Of a stretch of DNA of 64,000 bases, positions 49,158 through 62,978 are shown piece by piece. Origin of the DNA: Adineta vaga. Taxonomy: Eukaryota; Animalia; Rotifera. Location of the stretch: contig CP075497.1 of the NCBI GenBank assembly GCA_021613535.1, forward strand, positions 10,478,001 through 10,542,000, given 5' to 3'. The position numbers and the translations under genes are program-made. The first letter of the stretch is position 1. Every line of letters begins with the position of its first letter. The notes beneath the pieces were generated by a model. It was not told the origin of the DNA, made no database searches, and saw only the letters and a program-made list of their open reading frames with translations.

Positions 49158-51144
49158 CTAGTTATCTTGTTGTTTTTCTTGATCTTGTTGTGATTGAATG
49201 GATTTTTTTGCTGGAGTATGTAAAGTTTTCCATTCATCCCATTCATTATGATAAATAACATCAATCGTTATTGAATTTGGTACAGTTACTTCAGCAGTTG
49301 TTGTTTCACCATTGAGATTATAATTATTATATTCATCATATAAACGATAATAATAATCAGTTGCTAATTGTGTAATTAATGTTAATGTTAAATTACGTTC
49401 ATGTGCCATTAAACAAACAGTACTACGTTCAATAATTAAACGTAATTGTAATAAATAACGATATTTAGCTGAATCATCATTGGAGAAATGTGATGAAAGA
49501 AAAGCTAATAGTTTGTATTCTTGTTCATTTATATCAGCATAATCAATAAAAAATCTTGAACACATTAGTTTTTCCAATTGCCATGAGGCAATGCCATTAT
49601 CATACGGACGATAACCACGTGTTAATAGAAGACAATATTTCAATAATCCTCCACCACAAATACGTTCCGGTGATGTTGTTGCAATTAATCGACGATTTAA
49701 ATGTGTTAAAGCACTTTCAAAACTTCCATAAACACATTCAACGGATATTGATGGTAGACGTTGAATTGATGAATAACGATTATTTTTCGATGAACGATAA
49801 TCTAAATAAATAAAAATAGAAACATCAATAATTTATTTCAAATACATCTTATTCATCTTCAGATTTATTCCTCCCATGGGTTTCTATCATAGTTATAGAT
49901 ACATTTGTGTTTTGTTAATCTGCAGTCCCATACTGATTAGCCTTCTTCTATCCACCCACTCACTTTTTTTTAGCACGCACGCGATCAGAATATAAAAGAA
50001 CAAACAAGTCTCTCGTCTTCACTTTGATTGATAAATAAAACACACACATACACATACTCAGCTAACGGGCAAAAAAGAATCACATCAGTAAACTACAGCT
50101 GTCGTTCGTTGTGTTTTTTTTCCCTCCCTCTCTCTCTCTCTTATCACACCAGCTGATACTTACCATAGTGTTGTTTCGAATGATGATATTGATTGTAATG
50201 TGATTGTTTTTTATTCGGTGTTTGTTGATATTTTGATATTTGTTCATAATGATCAAGTAAAGGGTCGAGAGAAATTTGAAATGAATCAACACTAAATTGA
50301 AATTGTCTTTTCATTCGATCGACAAATTTCAATTCAATATTTTGTCCATTGACATTACATAAAGACATTAATGCCCATGAATCATTGTTTGATGGATTAC
50401 TAACACGTACAACTTTTTCAACATATGCTGCTTGAATAATAATTGGAGAAAATGATAATTGAGTAGATGAATTAGTTGAAGATATGTGTCGAGCTAAACA
50501 TTCACAGACAGTTGTCTTGATTTGAGTCCATGTTGATTCAGTCGATAAATCACAACAAAATATAAAATCAATATCAGAATAGGAAAAAGATTTATCATTT
50601 GTTAAAACATATGATGCGGCACCTAAAGTAAAAGTTCAATCGTTTAATCTTGAAAATATGTGAATGTTATGTTTGTCTTACCTCCATTGAGACGCACATC
50701 TTTAATATTGATATGATTTAAATGAAATGCTCGTCGTAATTCAATTAAAAAATCTTTGGAAACAATATTTAATGTTGGAAAATTCCCTTGTCCATGAATT
50801 TCAATCGATTGCTCAAGTAATGAACATAATTTATTTACATGGCGATTTTGTAATGTTGAATAACATGAACGTTTATTAGTGTTGGTTGATCCATTCGTTG
50901 ATTTATTATTTGAATTATTGGAATCAGATATTGAAAGAAATTTTGAGTCGTTTTTATTTCGTTTTTCTAAATATTGTTGTTCTTGTTGTTGTAGTTGTTG
51001 GGATTCACTATGAACCGATAGTGTTTCATCACAGTTAACCAATGATGCATAACTAGATGCAGCTGAAAGTGATGATAATGGTGTTTGATCGAGTGAAGAT
51101 GGGAGTGAAGAAGTCATTGAATAAGAATCATCAGTAGAACTCAT
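49158..51144 (-). CDS. TENT5: Terminal nucleotidyltransferase 5 (FAM46), non-canonical poly(A) polymerase
   Basis: Three coding exons: IHGQGNFPTL, DVRLNG|GAASYVL..YSDIDFIF, WALMSLCN..NIELKFVDRMKRQFQFSVDSFQI, ECLYGSFESALTHL..ICGGGLLKYC, MCSRFFIDY, TVCLMAHER. Confidence 0.93.
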
Positions 51145-54100
51145 TCGTTGTATCTGAAAAAGAAATGAAGAAAGACTAACTGCTTATTGATCTGAAATAA
51201 TAGAGTAATAGAATGAACATTGCCAAATGAAAGAACGGTGCTCAGAACAACCACGGGTAATAATCGAACGTAGGCGAATGAAAGGGAATGATAGAGAAGA
51301 AAATAGAAAAAGAACTAGCTCGATTAATCTCGTTCTCTTACAGTTTTTTCTTTCTTTCTTTCTTTCTTATTTTCTGTTGGTTTTTTTTTATGTATGTGTT
51401 TCTGTTTTTTTCTATATGGTACGGCAATGCGCCCACGTTCGCTGTCATTATCTTTCTGCAATAATGTCGTTAATAACGGAACGTGAAGAGAAGAACGAGA
51501 AGGGAAAAGGTCATCAATAAAAAATAGCGTTTTTACTAGTATTCTATCTATTCTTCGCTTTCTATAGCGCATTTCAATAAGAAACCCGAAGAACAAGTTG
51601 CCGCCATTGTCGTCATCACTGTCGAAACAACACAATTGTCATTCTATATTCACACAAAAAGATTTTTCTTCCTATATGCGTAGGTTGACACAAAAACGCG
51701 CTTACGCATACAACAGCGCTCATATATACAGAAAGATTTCCGTCGAACATTCTTTCGGTTGAACGCTAAAAGAAAAAAATAAAGCATAGAGGCGCAACGT
51801 TCGAATTAGGCAATATTCATTGAAGCAAACGAAGAATGTGTAGGTGGAGAAAATTGACAACGACATTATTGAAACAAAATGAGAAAATAATAATAATACT
51901 CTTCATCTTCTGCGTAGAAAAAGAGACGGATAACAAGGATGCGTTGGTGTTTTTGACAAAATTAACTCAAGCCATCTTAGCTGACAATATAGTTAATTGA
52001 AATTTTCTCCTCCCTCCTCCTCCTACAATTCTAAATGTACGTGTTCAGATGGTGTTGACAATCAACAAGAAATTTTTTCTTTCTTGTTGGTTGTGTAAAG
52101 ATTAACAATTAGAACACTAAGAAAAAAAGAAAGAAAAGAAAATAGACGATAAAAAAAGGAGAAGAGAAAAAGACGAAGAAGAAAAGAGTATTCTAGAAAG
52201 ATAAATTGATGTATGTTCATGTTGAAATGTATCGAGAAAATGAGAATAAGTATTACTTGATCGATTTGTGAACATCTATGACGCAATTCATCTACAAGGA
52301 CCATAACGAGCAATCAAATATTCCACATTGACGATGTCCGAAGAAAGAACTTAGCTTTAACGAAAGTATATATCTTAATAATCAAGATTGTTACCAAGGA
52401 CATTGTCATTTCGGATGAAGAATTGTTCAAGGAAACTCACACATAAAGATAGAGTTAAACGGGGAAAAAAACTATTGTTTCTTTTGTTTGTAGAAAAATG
52501 GGATTTTGTTTCTTATTATAATCAATATAGTTTAGAAAAGGTTATCGAATTCGATAATTCCAAGAAAATCCATTCTGACTATTCTCTTTATAATTTTTTC
52601 CTGCATAGTTAATACAAAGATCAGATTTCTCTCTCTCACTCGCTCTCTTTTATCAATATTATAACGGTAGAATTGTCTTTTTGACAGGCTTAGTAATTTT
52701 TTTTGTCTTATGATTGAGTTAAAAAGTGGTCGAATCTATTTTTATTTCTAATATTGACAAAGGACATCACTATGGTTTATTAGTCTTATCTTTATTGGGA
52801 TTTTTATCGCAAATGTGTGCGCACATAGAATAACCTAAATGACAAAAACTAAACGAATTTCTACTTCAATAAAATTTTTGTTTCCTTATAAACTAATAAA
52901 AACACATACCGATACTTGAATACTTTCTAATGATTAAAATTGCAAGTAATAAAAGAAAGTAAAGCAACAGGACTTTGAGTATACGAATGGTAAAAGCGAT
53001 CGAAATCTATTGTGTTCTTGGAAGTCACTTCTCTTTATATATATAAGGTCGGTGGGAACGAAAAACGAAGGAAAGAGAGCGAGAAAAAAATAAATGAATG
53101 GCACTTTTTCGAACTAAAAGAACAGACGAAACGATGCGAAGAGGAATAGTATTATTCTCGATGTTTTTTTTTATCGATTTGATAGAAGAATTAAAATGAT
53201 TATTTGTTTGAAATTTGATAAGAGCTATCAAAGATATTTTCATTGCAAAGTTAAAATCATTTCTTATACAAACTTATTGACTTTAAGGCTTCTCATATAA
53301 GAGAAAAGAAAACAAAGAAATCTTTTTAATAGACAAAGATATCTTTATTTGATATTTCTAATATTTAAGAAGACTAACAAAACTCGCTTACGATTACTTG
53401 AATATCATCATGGACACTTCTTTGAAGAATAAAAAAAAAAGAATATGTTATGACCTTGCTCTATCGAAAGAAACAAATGTACATAACAAAGCCAAGCTGT
53501 AAAAAGCAACAAAACAAGCCAAAAAAGTCAATCTCCCATCTGTTCGTGTTCGCATAAATATAACAACACGCCAATAACGATTATCATTGAAAATGGTGGG
53601 CTAAATCTTTCTCATCCTTCTGTCTCTGTCTCTACTCAATACTTTTATTGTCTCTCTATATATATATATCACATATGATCGATACGTTTTCTACCGGAAA
53701 CAATGAAGCGACACGTACTTGAAAAGTTGTAGAGCATGTCAAGAAAAAGGAAACAGAAAGATGAATAAAAAGAAAAGGGAAAAGACTAAATAATGAACAG
53801 CATTCTAATTGAGAATCATAATAGAAATACTAGTGCATTACAAAAAAAAGAAAGAAAGAAGAAAAAGACAAGGCGGTTTTTTCATTAATATATTCATGTA
53901 TAAAATTATGACGACATGCCTGCTGACAATTTATTCTGTTATTATTATTCTCGAGATGCATTTAGTACGAGTGACGACTCTTCAAGGTGACTTGTTTTTC
54001 GGAACGACATCCGTATAGAATTGATGATAATAATTAATAGAATAAGTCAGGAAGAAGGACAACATAACATTCTACAATCAGCTAGTTAAAAAAAAGCGAA

Positions 54101-55967
54101 TGAGAGAGAGAGAAAAAAAAAGAATCGAATATTCTATAGGGAATAGATAAATAGTTTCTTTCTAATACTTATTTACTTATCAACGCTATATTTATATATC
54201 AGGTTATCATTTTGTTCTATATATACACTAAAATATGGGACATGTTTTCTTATCTAACAGATTTTTTTGATTACACAAAATAGTCAAACATAGAAATGCA
54301 ACTATGAACTTTCTTTTTCCCATCATACATAATCATATCAGAAAAGACATATGATTTGAAAATCTATCGTTAAGTCAATTAATTATTGGAAAGAGAAAAA
54401 AGTATACAAATATTTAACTTTTATTCAGATATTTGTCAGCACGTTGTCATTTATTAGATCGTGTTTTCTTATATATTAATCTTAACAAGGACTTGAAAGA
54501 ACGACCTTATAATCATCAGGTCAGAAAAACAAACTAGACGTTTTCTTAAGTTTGAAGAAACAAAATCTATTATAAGATCCATACAACAATATGAAAATTC
54601 TTTCTTTTTTTCGCGGAAAAAACTAAAAAAGAACCCGCAGTTGAGTAAAATATCAATTATCCTCGCCAAAAGAAACACTTAGACATTCATATCAATTGAA
54701 ATAACACTTGAATATATTTTTATTGGCATGAATAATAAAACATCGATAAGTGTTTATATAAAAAATGCAACTATTATACATAGTTTAATAAATCAATTCG
54801 TTACACACTTCTGATATTATCCACATAATCTTTTCTCGAATGATCTATACATATATTATCAATGAATAAGTCAGTTCTCTAAACATATTTAAACATTCAT
54901 CGGAGGAGAATTGTTAGAAATTACTTTTTTCTTTAATGAACCATCTGTCATAGAATGAAAGTTATTTGAAATATTTATCTTCAATGATGAAAATGCAAAT
55001 ATTAATATGATATTTATTAAAATAAACGCGAATAATGATGTCAGATGAAGAATGTTCGTGGGAACAAAATTTATTAAATATTTATCGAGTTTTCCTTCTT
55101 AGTAAATAGAAATATGAAACAATACGTCATTCTATTATTTTATAAATAAGGTGGAATAACGTCATTCGTACATTTGAGCTTGTTTATATCGAATTTAACT
55201 AGAAAATCATATAAGAAGAATGATATTTGAGATGATATAAAACTAATTTCACATACTTTTCTTTTTCTATTGTATCTAGAACGAAAACAAAGAAATAAAA
55301 GAATGACGCTCTTCTCTAGTTATATTTGTATAAGCGAAATTTCGGATATATAAATGATGTTCTGATCAGATAAGATAGAAAATTATAAAACGCAATTTTC
55401 TTCGACGAGATATTGTTGTTTGAAAAAGTACTTATTCATTCATGAAAATCATTTGTGAAATATTCGTAAGTAGTAACAATACATTTAGTCTATCTGTGTA
55501 TAATAATCATTTTATCACAAATTAATTTCTATTCGTGATATTATTTGAAACAACCTTCAGCAATTTTTAATTATATGATTTCCTTTTCTCAAAGGCACAC
55601 TTTACTTCAAATCAAATATAAAAATTATATTTACGAATCATTAGTGAAAGTAAAGTGTTTCTTATGAATAAAACTCAAATTACAAATGGTTTTCTGTGTT
55701 TAATATAATCAGACAAGAAGAGAATTGAGAAATAAATGAATATTTTCTTCTTGTCTATTAAATTAACTCATTCTTCATAATAATAAATTGACAGTTTGAT
55801 TTCATTTGAATGGATATTGCTTCGTTTCGAACTTATGTCAATTGTTTAATTGAAAGAATACAAACGAAACATAGAAAATTACCACCATAAAAACAGTTAA
55901 AATTCATCATCACATTTGTTATAAATAGGTACAAAAAGATTCGGGATATTGTGAACATAGTGATTTA

Positions 55968-57690
55968 TCAAGACGTATTCATTGGTGTTGTTGTTGTATT
56001 GTTTGTCTGCTGCTGCTGTTGTTGTTGTTGTTGTTTGTTTTTCTCGTTATTAACGAGAACTTGTTGAACATGTTTGGGCAGACCAGGATTTAGAGTTAAC
56101 ATATATGGCAACACTGTTTTCGGTATATCATGCAGATCGACCATAATTTTAAGAAAAAGTGTATCTTCTCGAACGTATGGATTATCATCTTGTTGAATCA
56201 TTGGTAAAGGAAAAAATTTTGGTATTCCACTAGCAATATTTGCATCTGTAGTTGGACGTTGAAATGAATTTGATTTTGTATCCGGACGAAATGAATCGAT
56301 TATATGTCGATTATTACCTGATTGATCAAACAAACAGAATGTTACTTTATATGAAAATGGCCAAGGTAATAATGCATCAAAATCTCCCTTCATTAAAAGA
56401 AAAAATAAGGACATATGAGTTCTCCGGGCGTTTCCATCACCGTGTAAATATAAACGAGCACGCATTTTATAACCGTATGGTGAAGAGTAAAATATTGAAG
56501 AGTAGATACTTGGTTGTCTTTCAGATTGTGCATCAGCCATTCTCTCCGTGACACGATCTACTCGCCATGTCAACGATCCATCGGTAGATACATGTTGATT
56601 TTCTTCAAGACTTTGTTTCAAGTCTTCAACTTCTTTTTGAACAGTATGTTGTTTCAATTGAAAAGTAGCCATAGTAGTATTTCTTTCGACACAGACTGTT
56701 TGAAAATGATCTACTTCTTGATTCGCAACTTGATAAAGTTCATTGAATCTTATATAATCATGGCTTAATTTAACTGTTTGGTCGTTCAAAGTTTGTACTT
56801 TATCAGCTAATATAGATAACTTCTCAGAAGTTTGATCTTCGAGTTCATTCTGGACAGTTTTTCTTTCCATATCTTGATCTTGAGGTGGCGATTCGGGAGT
56901 ATTATATTTGCCAATTAATATCAATGCTGTTGCTTCTTGATGTTTTTCGGTCAGTAAATGTGCAGCAAAGTCTTCTCGTCGAATCTTTAATGACGAAGTA
57001 AAAATAAGAAAAACTTGTAGAAATATTTAACTCATTTACCATCTCTTCAGTACAATACGGAGCTAATGAACACTTTTGAAAAAGACTTGGACATGAACTT
57101 TCAATATGAATTTTCAATGCTTGAGTAGAAGAAAATAATTCTTTACAACTCTCACAAATGAAATGAGTATGCATTGTATCTAAATGTTCCTAGAGAGTAC
57201 TCGATTATAATATATTTCTGAAAATAAGACAAAATTATTCTTTTACGCACTTGATACGCATTCAACATTCCCTGCCAAGAACAACTTGGTTGATCATCTT
57301 TATGGATACATGTAATTGGCAATACGTCAAGCTCTTTCTTGAATGCTCGATCAACCATTGTCTTTAGAATACAAAAGATTATTATAAGACATTATTATTA
57401 AAAAAACGAATGATGCTTACTTGACTTCGATCCAATTCATAGTCGCAATCTTCTCCGGGACAACTGATCTTACCGGTGGGTGCTTGTCCCATACGTGACT
57501 CAAAGCAACCTCGGCAACCTCGGTGACCACATTCGGTTAATTGAATAGGTTCTTTGATAATCCATGAACAGAAAATACATTTCCATTTATCTTGTGCTTT
57601 GTCCATACCATTTACTTGGTATCCACAATGTAGAAATTCAGATGAAGACTTTGTTTGTGCATCTTCTTTTAAATCTTTATTAGTAGCCAT
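55968..57690 (-). CDS. TRAF: TNF receptor-associated factor (RING, zinc fingers, coiled coil, MATH), TRAF2/3-like
   Basis: RING CIFC..CGHRGCRGC..CP; TRAF zinc fingers; MATH domain DGSLTWRV..FYSSPYGYKMRARLYLHGDG..HMSLFF..WPFSYKVTF..SFQRP..ASGIPKF. Four exons. Confidence 0.93.
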
Positions 57691-58207
57691 TGATAAAAGC
57701 GAAGAGTATTCGATTGAGATATTCTAAAAGTATGAAATATGTAATAGGAAATTACGTAAGAGGAATTATTCATTTCATATCAGTAAATGCAATGAAAAAT
57801 ATGATTCAGACATCGAAAGAAAAAAAAGGGAATAATCAAAAATTTTCATCAAACGAATCGATGATTTTATTGATTAAATTTCTCTATAGACAATGATGAA
57901 ATTCCGGTAAGATAGTTTTCAACAGAAAAATGAAATTTGAAAAATTGTTAGAGTTATCATATTCATCACATAATAAGTCGGAAGTACATTTTACAACTAA
58001 ATATAAGTTTAATAATAATTAGAACAGAAAGTGTTCGAGATTATAAAAAGGTATTTTCACGTTCACGACACAATATTATACTTTGCTTAAAAGAATTTTA
58101 TCTTACTAAATATCAAAAAAAATCCTTTTAATAAAGTGCAGAGGTTATATCACGGATGGCAATATAGTTTAGAACCGAAATGAAGTAAAAAATCGCAGTT
58201 CGCAGTC

Positions 58208-58238
58208 GGAAATTTCCAACCAATATGATAATGAGTCA
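58208..58238. promoter_or_regulatory. Putative NF-kB, CCAAT and AP-1 sites upstream of TRAF
   Basis: Palindromic GGAAATTTCC at 58208-58217, CCAAT at 58220-58224 and TGAGTCA at 58232-58238, about 520 bp upstream of the TRAF ATG. Confidence 0.45.
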
Positions 58239-59734
58239 CATCATTGAAAGTTAAGCGCAAGAAGAGAAAAGCGGCACCTACAACGTGATTTTTCTGGATG
58301 TCACCTACTGTTTAGCCAAAATTCATTTTTCAAACTTGCATATTTATAAATAAATTATGATCGGAATTTCATACAGTATAAAAGTTTCACCTTAGAAGCT
58401 GTAGATACACGGATAAAAGATGACATCAGGTAAATTTATTCTGTCTAACGCCCACCGAAATTATAACTTTGTGAAAAATTTTGATTTTTTTTTATACTGT
58501 CATTCTCACTCATTTGATAAGCGGTTATTCATACCGTCTGCTTCAGATTCAAGCGTATACTGCCTTTGATTGGATATCGAATTCATCAATCAGAATAAAA
58601 ATCTTCATTTTTTTGTTACAGCTTTTTCTGACAGTACAATCTTTCATGTACTTCCAATCTTATTTCTTATATATACAATACTTTTCTCAAGAACTTAGTT
58701 AAGATTTGATATCTTCACAAGTACTATTGAATTAAAATGAAGTGTATTGTATCTTGTCTTCATCGTCTGTTTACTTGTCCATCAGCAAACTATATAAGAC
58801 TAACTGTCACCTATATTTACATTTAAGAGTAAGTATAGTTGGGTAATTGATACAGTAAACATAACAAAACAGTAATAGTCTATTAAGAAAAATGCAGATT
58901 TAGTATAGCCAAAATAAACACGTAAATTCAAGTATAATATCAGAATAACAAAGACTTGATTAGCTATTATTGATAACAGAAAAGATCTGTTTGTTAATAT
59001 TTTTGTTTATATTTAGTAATCAAATAAACAGACAGTATATTTAAATCTTTCTATAAATAGAAAATTATCAGAGGAAAGAACTTTGAAGTATATTAATTAC
59101 AAAGAGAACAAAACGAAGAGTACATATTATTAAACTATACTTCAAATGATTTCTCTCATCTGATATATTATTACAAACAATTGAATAGATGTGAAGAGTT
59201 CTTGGTTGCATCATTTGAAAAATACTTTCTCATCGGATTCGTTTATCTCAAATTTCAACCATGTATAAATAGATGTAAATTATCTTCATAAGTTGTTGAT
59301 CAATATGTAATCGAATACTTTAGAAAAACAAAGATGTTTTCTTCTCATTATTTCACTTATTATATTGTGTCGATTTTTTTATTATAAAAGACATGCTAAT
59401 TAATTTGTGGAGAGTCGAGAAAATCTAGTTTTGTATTTATCAATAGAATTGCATATCTGCGAACAATACAAAAAAACTCGATTTCATCAATTAATCTTTC
59501 ATCATGATCTATTGTTGTTATTTATCGATTTGAACGAATAGAAAACGGAAGACATATTGATAGATATACTTAAAGTAATCTTATACAAATATTATCATCA
59601 TCCATACATTAATTATTAAATGTCATAGAAGAAGAAGAAGAAGAAGCATGAGAAATCATTTCTTCTTTTATTTCAATTCAATACTGATTAATGTATTAAA
59701 TATCACATGAAAAATTCACGAATTTTCTATTCGT

Positions 59735-60738
59735 TTACATAGCTTTTTCACGAATAATACTTTGACGAACGTCAAAACTATGAACATCAGTATGTAATGT
59801 AACAATTTCATTGTTCGACGATTTTCGAACCTTCAAGAATCCGTATTCATCAATACCAATGATTGTTACTTTTTCTTGCCATTTATCCACAAAGACATCT
59901 TTGTTTCTATTGATAATAGAAAATGATATAAATATACTAAAATAGAATGCTATTAATGATAAAATCTTACTGATGCATCCAATGGGACTCATAAAATTGA
60001 TAGAAATTATTTATCGCAGTAGTCGCTTGGGTTTTATTTGTTTGAGATAATTGCGATACCCATTGCTGAAGATAACCAACTGTTCGACCAATGAATTCTT
60101 CAACTGTAAAATGAGTTAAATTCAATCTTGGTTTTTGTTGATCAATTGCATTATTAATACAAATAGTTGGTTCAGTATTGGAAATATTCAAACCAATACC
60201 TAAAGAAAAGAATGTTGTTTGCTTTTCCTTCGGAAAAAAATATGTTTGTCATATTTACCAAGATTAATAGATGCATAATTACCACAAATTGATGATGTTG
60301 CTAAAATACCACCTAATTTAGTAAAATTATCGCCTATATATATATCATTTGGCCATTTTATTTGAATATTCAATGCCTATGAAAAGGAAAACAATGAAAC
60401 TTGTCAACTATTTTTCTAGGTAGTTCAATAAAACTTTATGACTTTCATACTTTATATTCAGATGTTCTTTCAACGGCTTGTAAAACAGCAACACTTGCTA
60501 GAAGTTGTAATAAAGATAAGCGTTGTCCTAATAGACTTTGTAAATGAACATCAAAACAAATCGTAAACAAAGCGCAACCCAAAGGTGATGTCCATTGATT
60601 TTTTCCACGTCCTACAAATAATCAATGAAAACATGAACACTATCATTCTTCTATTGATGTTTGTATTTCTTTGCACTACCTTGTCCTTCAGATTGTTCTT
60701 GTGCAATAATAACAATTCCATTCGATGGAAGATTGCAA
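59735..60738 (-). CDS. HLCS: Biotin--protein ligase / holocarboxylase synthetase catalytic domain; 5' end uncertain
   Basis: Spliced exons give GIVIIAQEQSEGQ|GRGKNQWTSPLGCALFT..|IKWPNDIY..KLGGIL..|GIGLNISN..|..GIDEYGFLKV..SFD, all BPL signatures. Confidence 0.88.
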
Positions 60739-61146
60739 CTAAATACAACATAATTGTATGCATCATGTCTATCTTCTCCAATCAAAAGAATAACACACAA
60801 TATCAGAGTGCGCAAAAGGTTATTTTGGTTAGTATATATTTTTGTTGTTTTTTTTCCGAACAAGATACTTTGTAATGATAAAAAGGAGTAAAAGAAAAAA
60901 GAACGAAATAAAACAACATTGAAAATAAAATGCGGATAGAGAAGATGAAGATGTAAGGAATATACAGGTAAACTCACTGTTCTACGTCTTACTGTTGAAT
61001 ATTCATCTACTAATGTTCGAAAAAAGAGAAAAAACCGAAAGAAAGAAGAAAACGTGCACACACGATATAGAAAGCTACAAACTACGCTCGATGACAAAAG
61101 AGATGAACATTGTTTTGTATTGAACATTATTTTGCTTCGAATTTTT

Positions 61147-62978
61147 TCATGCAGTGACAGCTGGTGATGGTAAGAGTGATGCTTGTTTTGCAGATATTGG
61201 TGCTTGGATATTCCAAAAACGTTCGGCATCTTCGATGGATCGATTTTTTGTTTCAGGCATTTTAAACCAAAGAAAGATAACATTGGCAAGAACAAGAACA
61301 AGAAATATTAAAAAGACATATCCACCAAGAATTGAATTGAGTGCAGGAAAGAATAATGAGAGAAGAATATTTCCCAAATAATTAGAAACTAATCCTAGTG
61401 ATTGAACACTATCTCGTGCTTCTGGTCGGCAAACTTCGCTACCGAATAAGAATGGAATTGGACCAAGACCAACAGCAAAACATACGATAAATATTAATAT
61501 AAATATAACTGAAATAAGACCTAATGTTGTACTATTTCGACTTTCATTAAGTTGAACAAGTACTGTAAGAACACCAAATACTGCAACCATAGCAGCCATT
61601 GGATAGATAACTAATGCGCGACGACCAAGTTTTTCAATTAATACTACAGAAATAATTGTCGCAAGTACATTGATGGCACCTGTACCAATATTAGCATAAG
61701 GAATCAAATGATGCGGAATACCAGCTTTTTCAAACATTTTTGATGAATAGAAAAATACAGCATTGACACCAGATAATGCTTGTGATAATTGAAGAATGAC
61801 AGTTACTAACATTGGCCAACGATATTGAGGTGATGCAATTACCTATCCAAAGTAAAAAAAAACATATATATATATATATATACGTTGAGAAATTGACAAG
61901 TCTATGTCAAGAAGAAAACAATAATTACTTGAGGAATTGATAATGATTCTGTTCTACTTCCACTTGTTTGTCTTGTTTGTTGATGAATAAGTTCAACATC
62001 GGCATGTACATCATCTGTACCACGAAGTTTTTTCAAATCAGCAACAGCTTGTTCTTCATCGTTATATTTAGCAATCATTTGTGTTGGTGAGTTTGGTATG
62101 AGAAATAGAAGAAATAATCCTGCCAATGGTAAAAGAAAAACAATAGCAAGACCCCAACCCCAGCCAGTACATGTTCCAGCAATGAATGGTAAACCAACAA
62201 CTTGTGCAACAAGAATACCAATAGTTAAAGCAAGTTGAAAAGCAGCACCAGCTGCACCACGAACACGTTGTGAAGAGATTTCACCAATGAATGGTGGTAC
62301 AATAACACATGCCATACCACCTACCGATAGAGAACTAATTGGTTTCTTTATGAAAGAGGAAAAAATAGTATCATTTACCTTGATAACCAAGTAGGAGTCT
62401 GCTAAAAAAGAATAGCCATGGTCTGCTCAAATAAGCAGATAATAAAACACAAAGTGACGAGGCAAAGCAAAATACATAATTAGCAAAGACTGTACGTTTG
62501 CGATCGAAATATGTTGCCCAAAGAGGTCCCGTAACTGCTCCAATAAATGCACCAATAAGAAATATTGTTTGTGGTATACCTTTGATTAATTCAGGAACAA
62601 ATTCGAATTTTTCTTTAGATGAAGTTGATACGGGCGGTTTTTCTCAAATTCATTTCCGGCTTCATCTCTACGAATTTCATTATTTTCAGCATCGTATCTT
62701 TGCGCTACATTCTGGTTATCTATTACGAATGGAGCGGCTGTTGCAATATCAGCATCGGATCGAGATGCTGCTGTGGCACTACAGATATTTCCAGTTCTCA
62801 GAAATGGTTCTGTGAACGAGTTATACATATTTGGAGCTCCTAACCCCCAGCCAAATACGAAAGCAGTTGTTATGGTAAGAACAACAACTGAGATAAGTAA
62901 CCAGGATGTACATCCACGCTGAGTAGAATTCGTGGTTCCATCACCTGGTTGTAGGCGATGAGTTACTTCCGAAGACAT
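61147..62978 (-). CDS. SLC2A: SLC2A/GLUT-family MFS sugar transporter with an apparent 1-nt frameshift
   Basis: FVFGW, GEISSQRVRG, FQLALTIGILVAQ, QLSQALSGVNAVFFYS, EKLGRR, GLGPIP, MPETKNRS. The frame breaks at the T5 run 62638-62642. Confidence 0.88.

Noticed and set aside
60651-61301. 216-aa minus-strand ORF bridging the SLC2A 3' end and the BPL exon (apparent fusion or overlap)
   Set aside because: Mostly Phe/Ser/Leu-rich translation of UTR and intron pyrimidine tracts; only the last ~25 codons are real BPL sequence.
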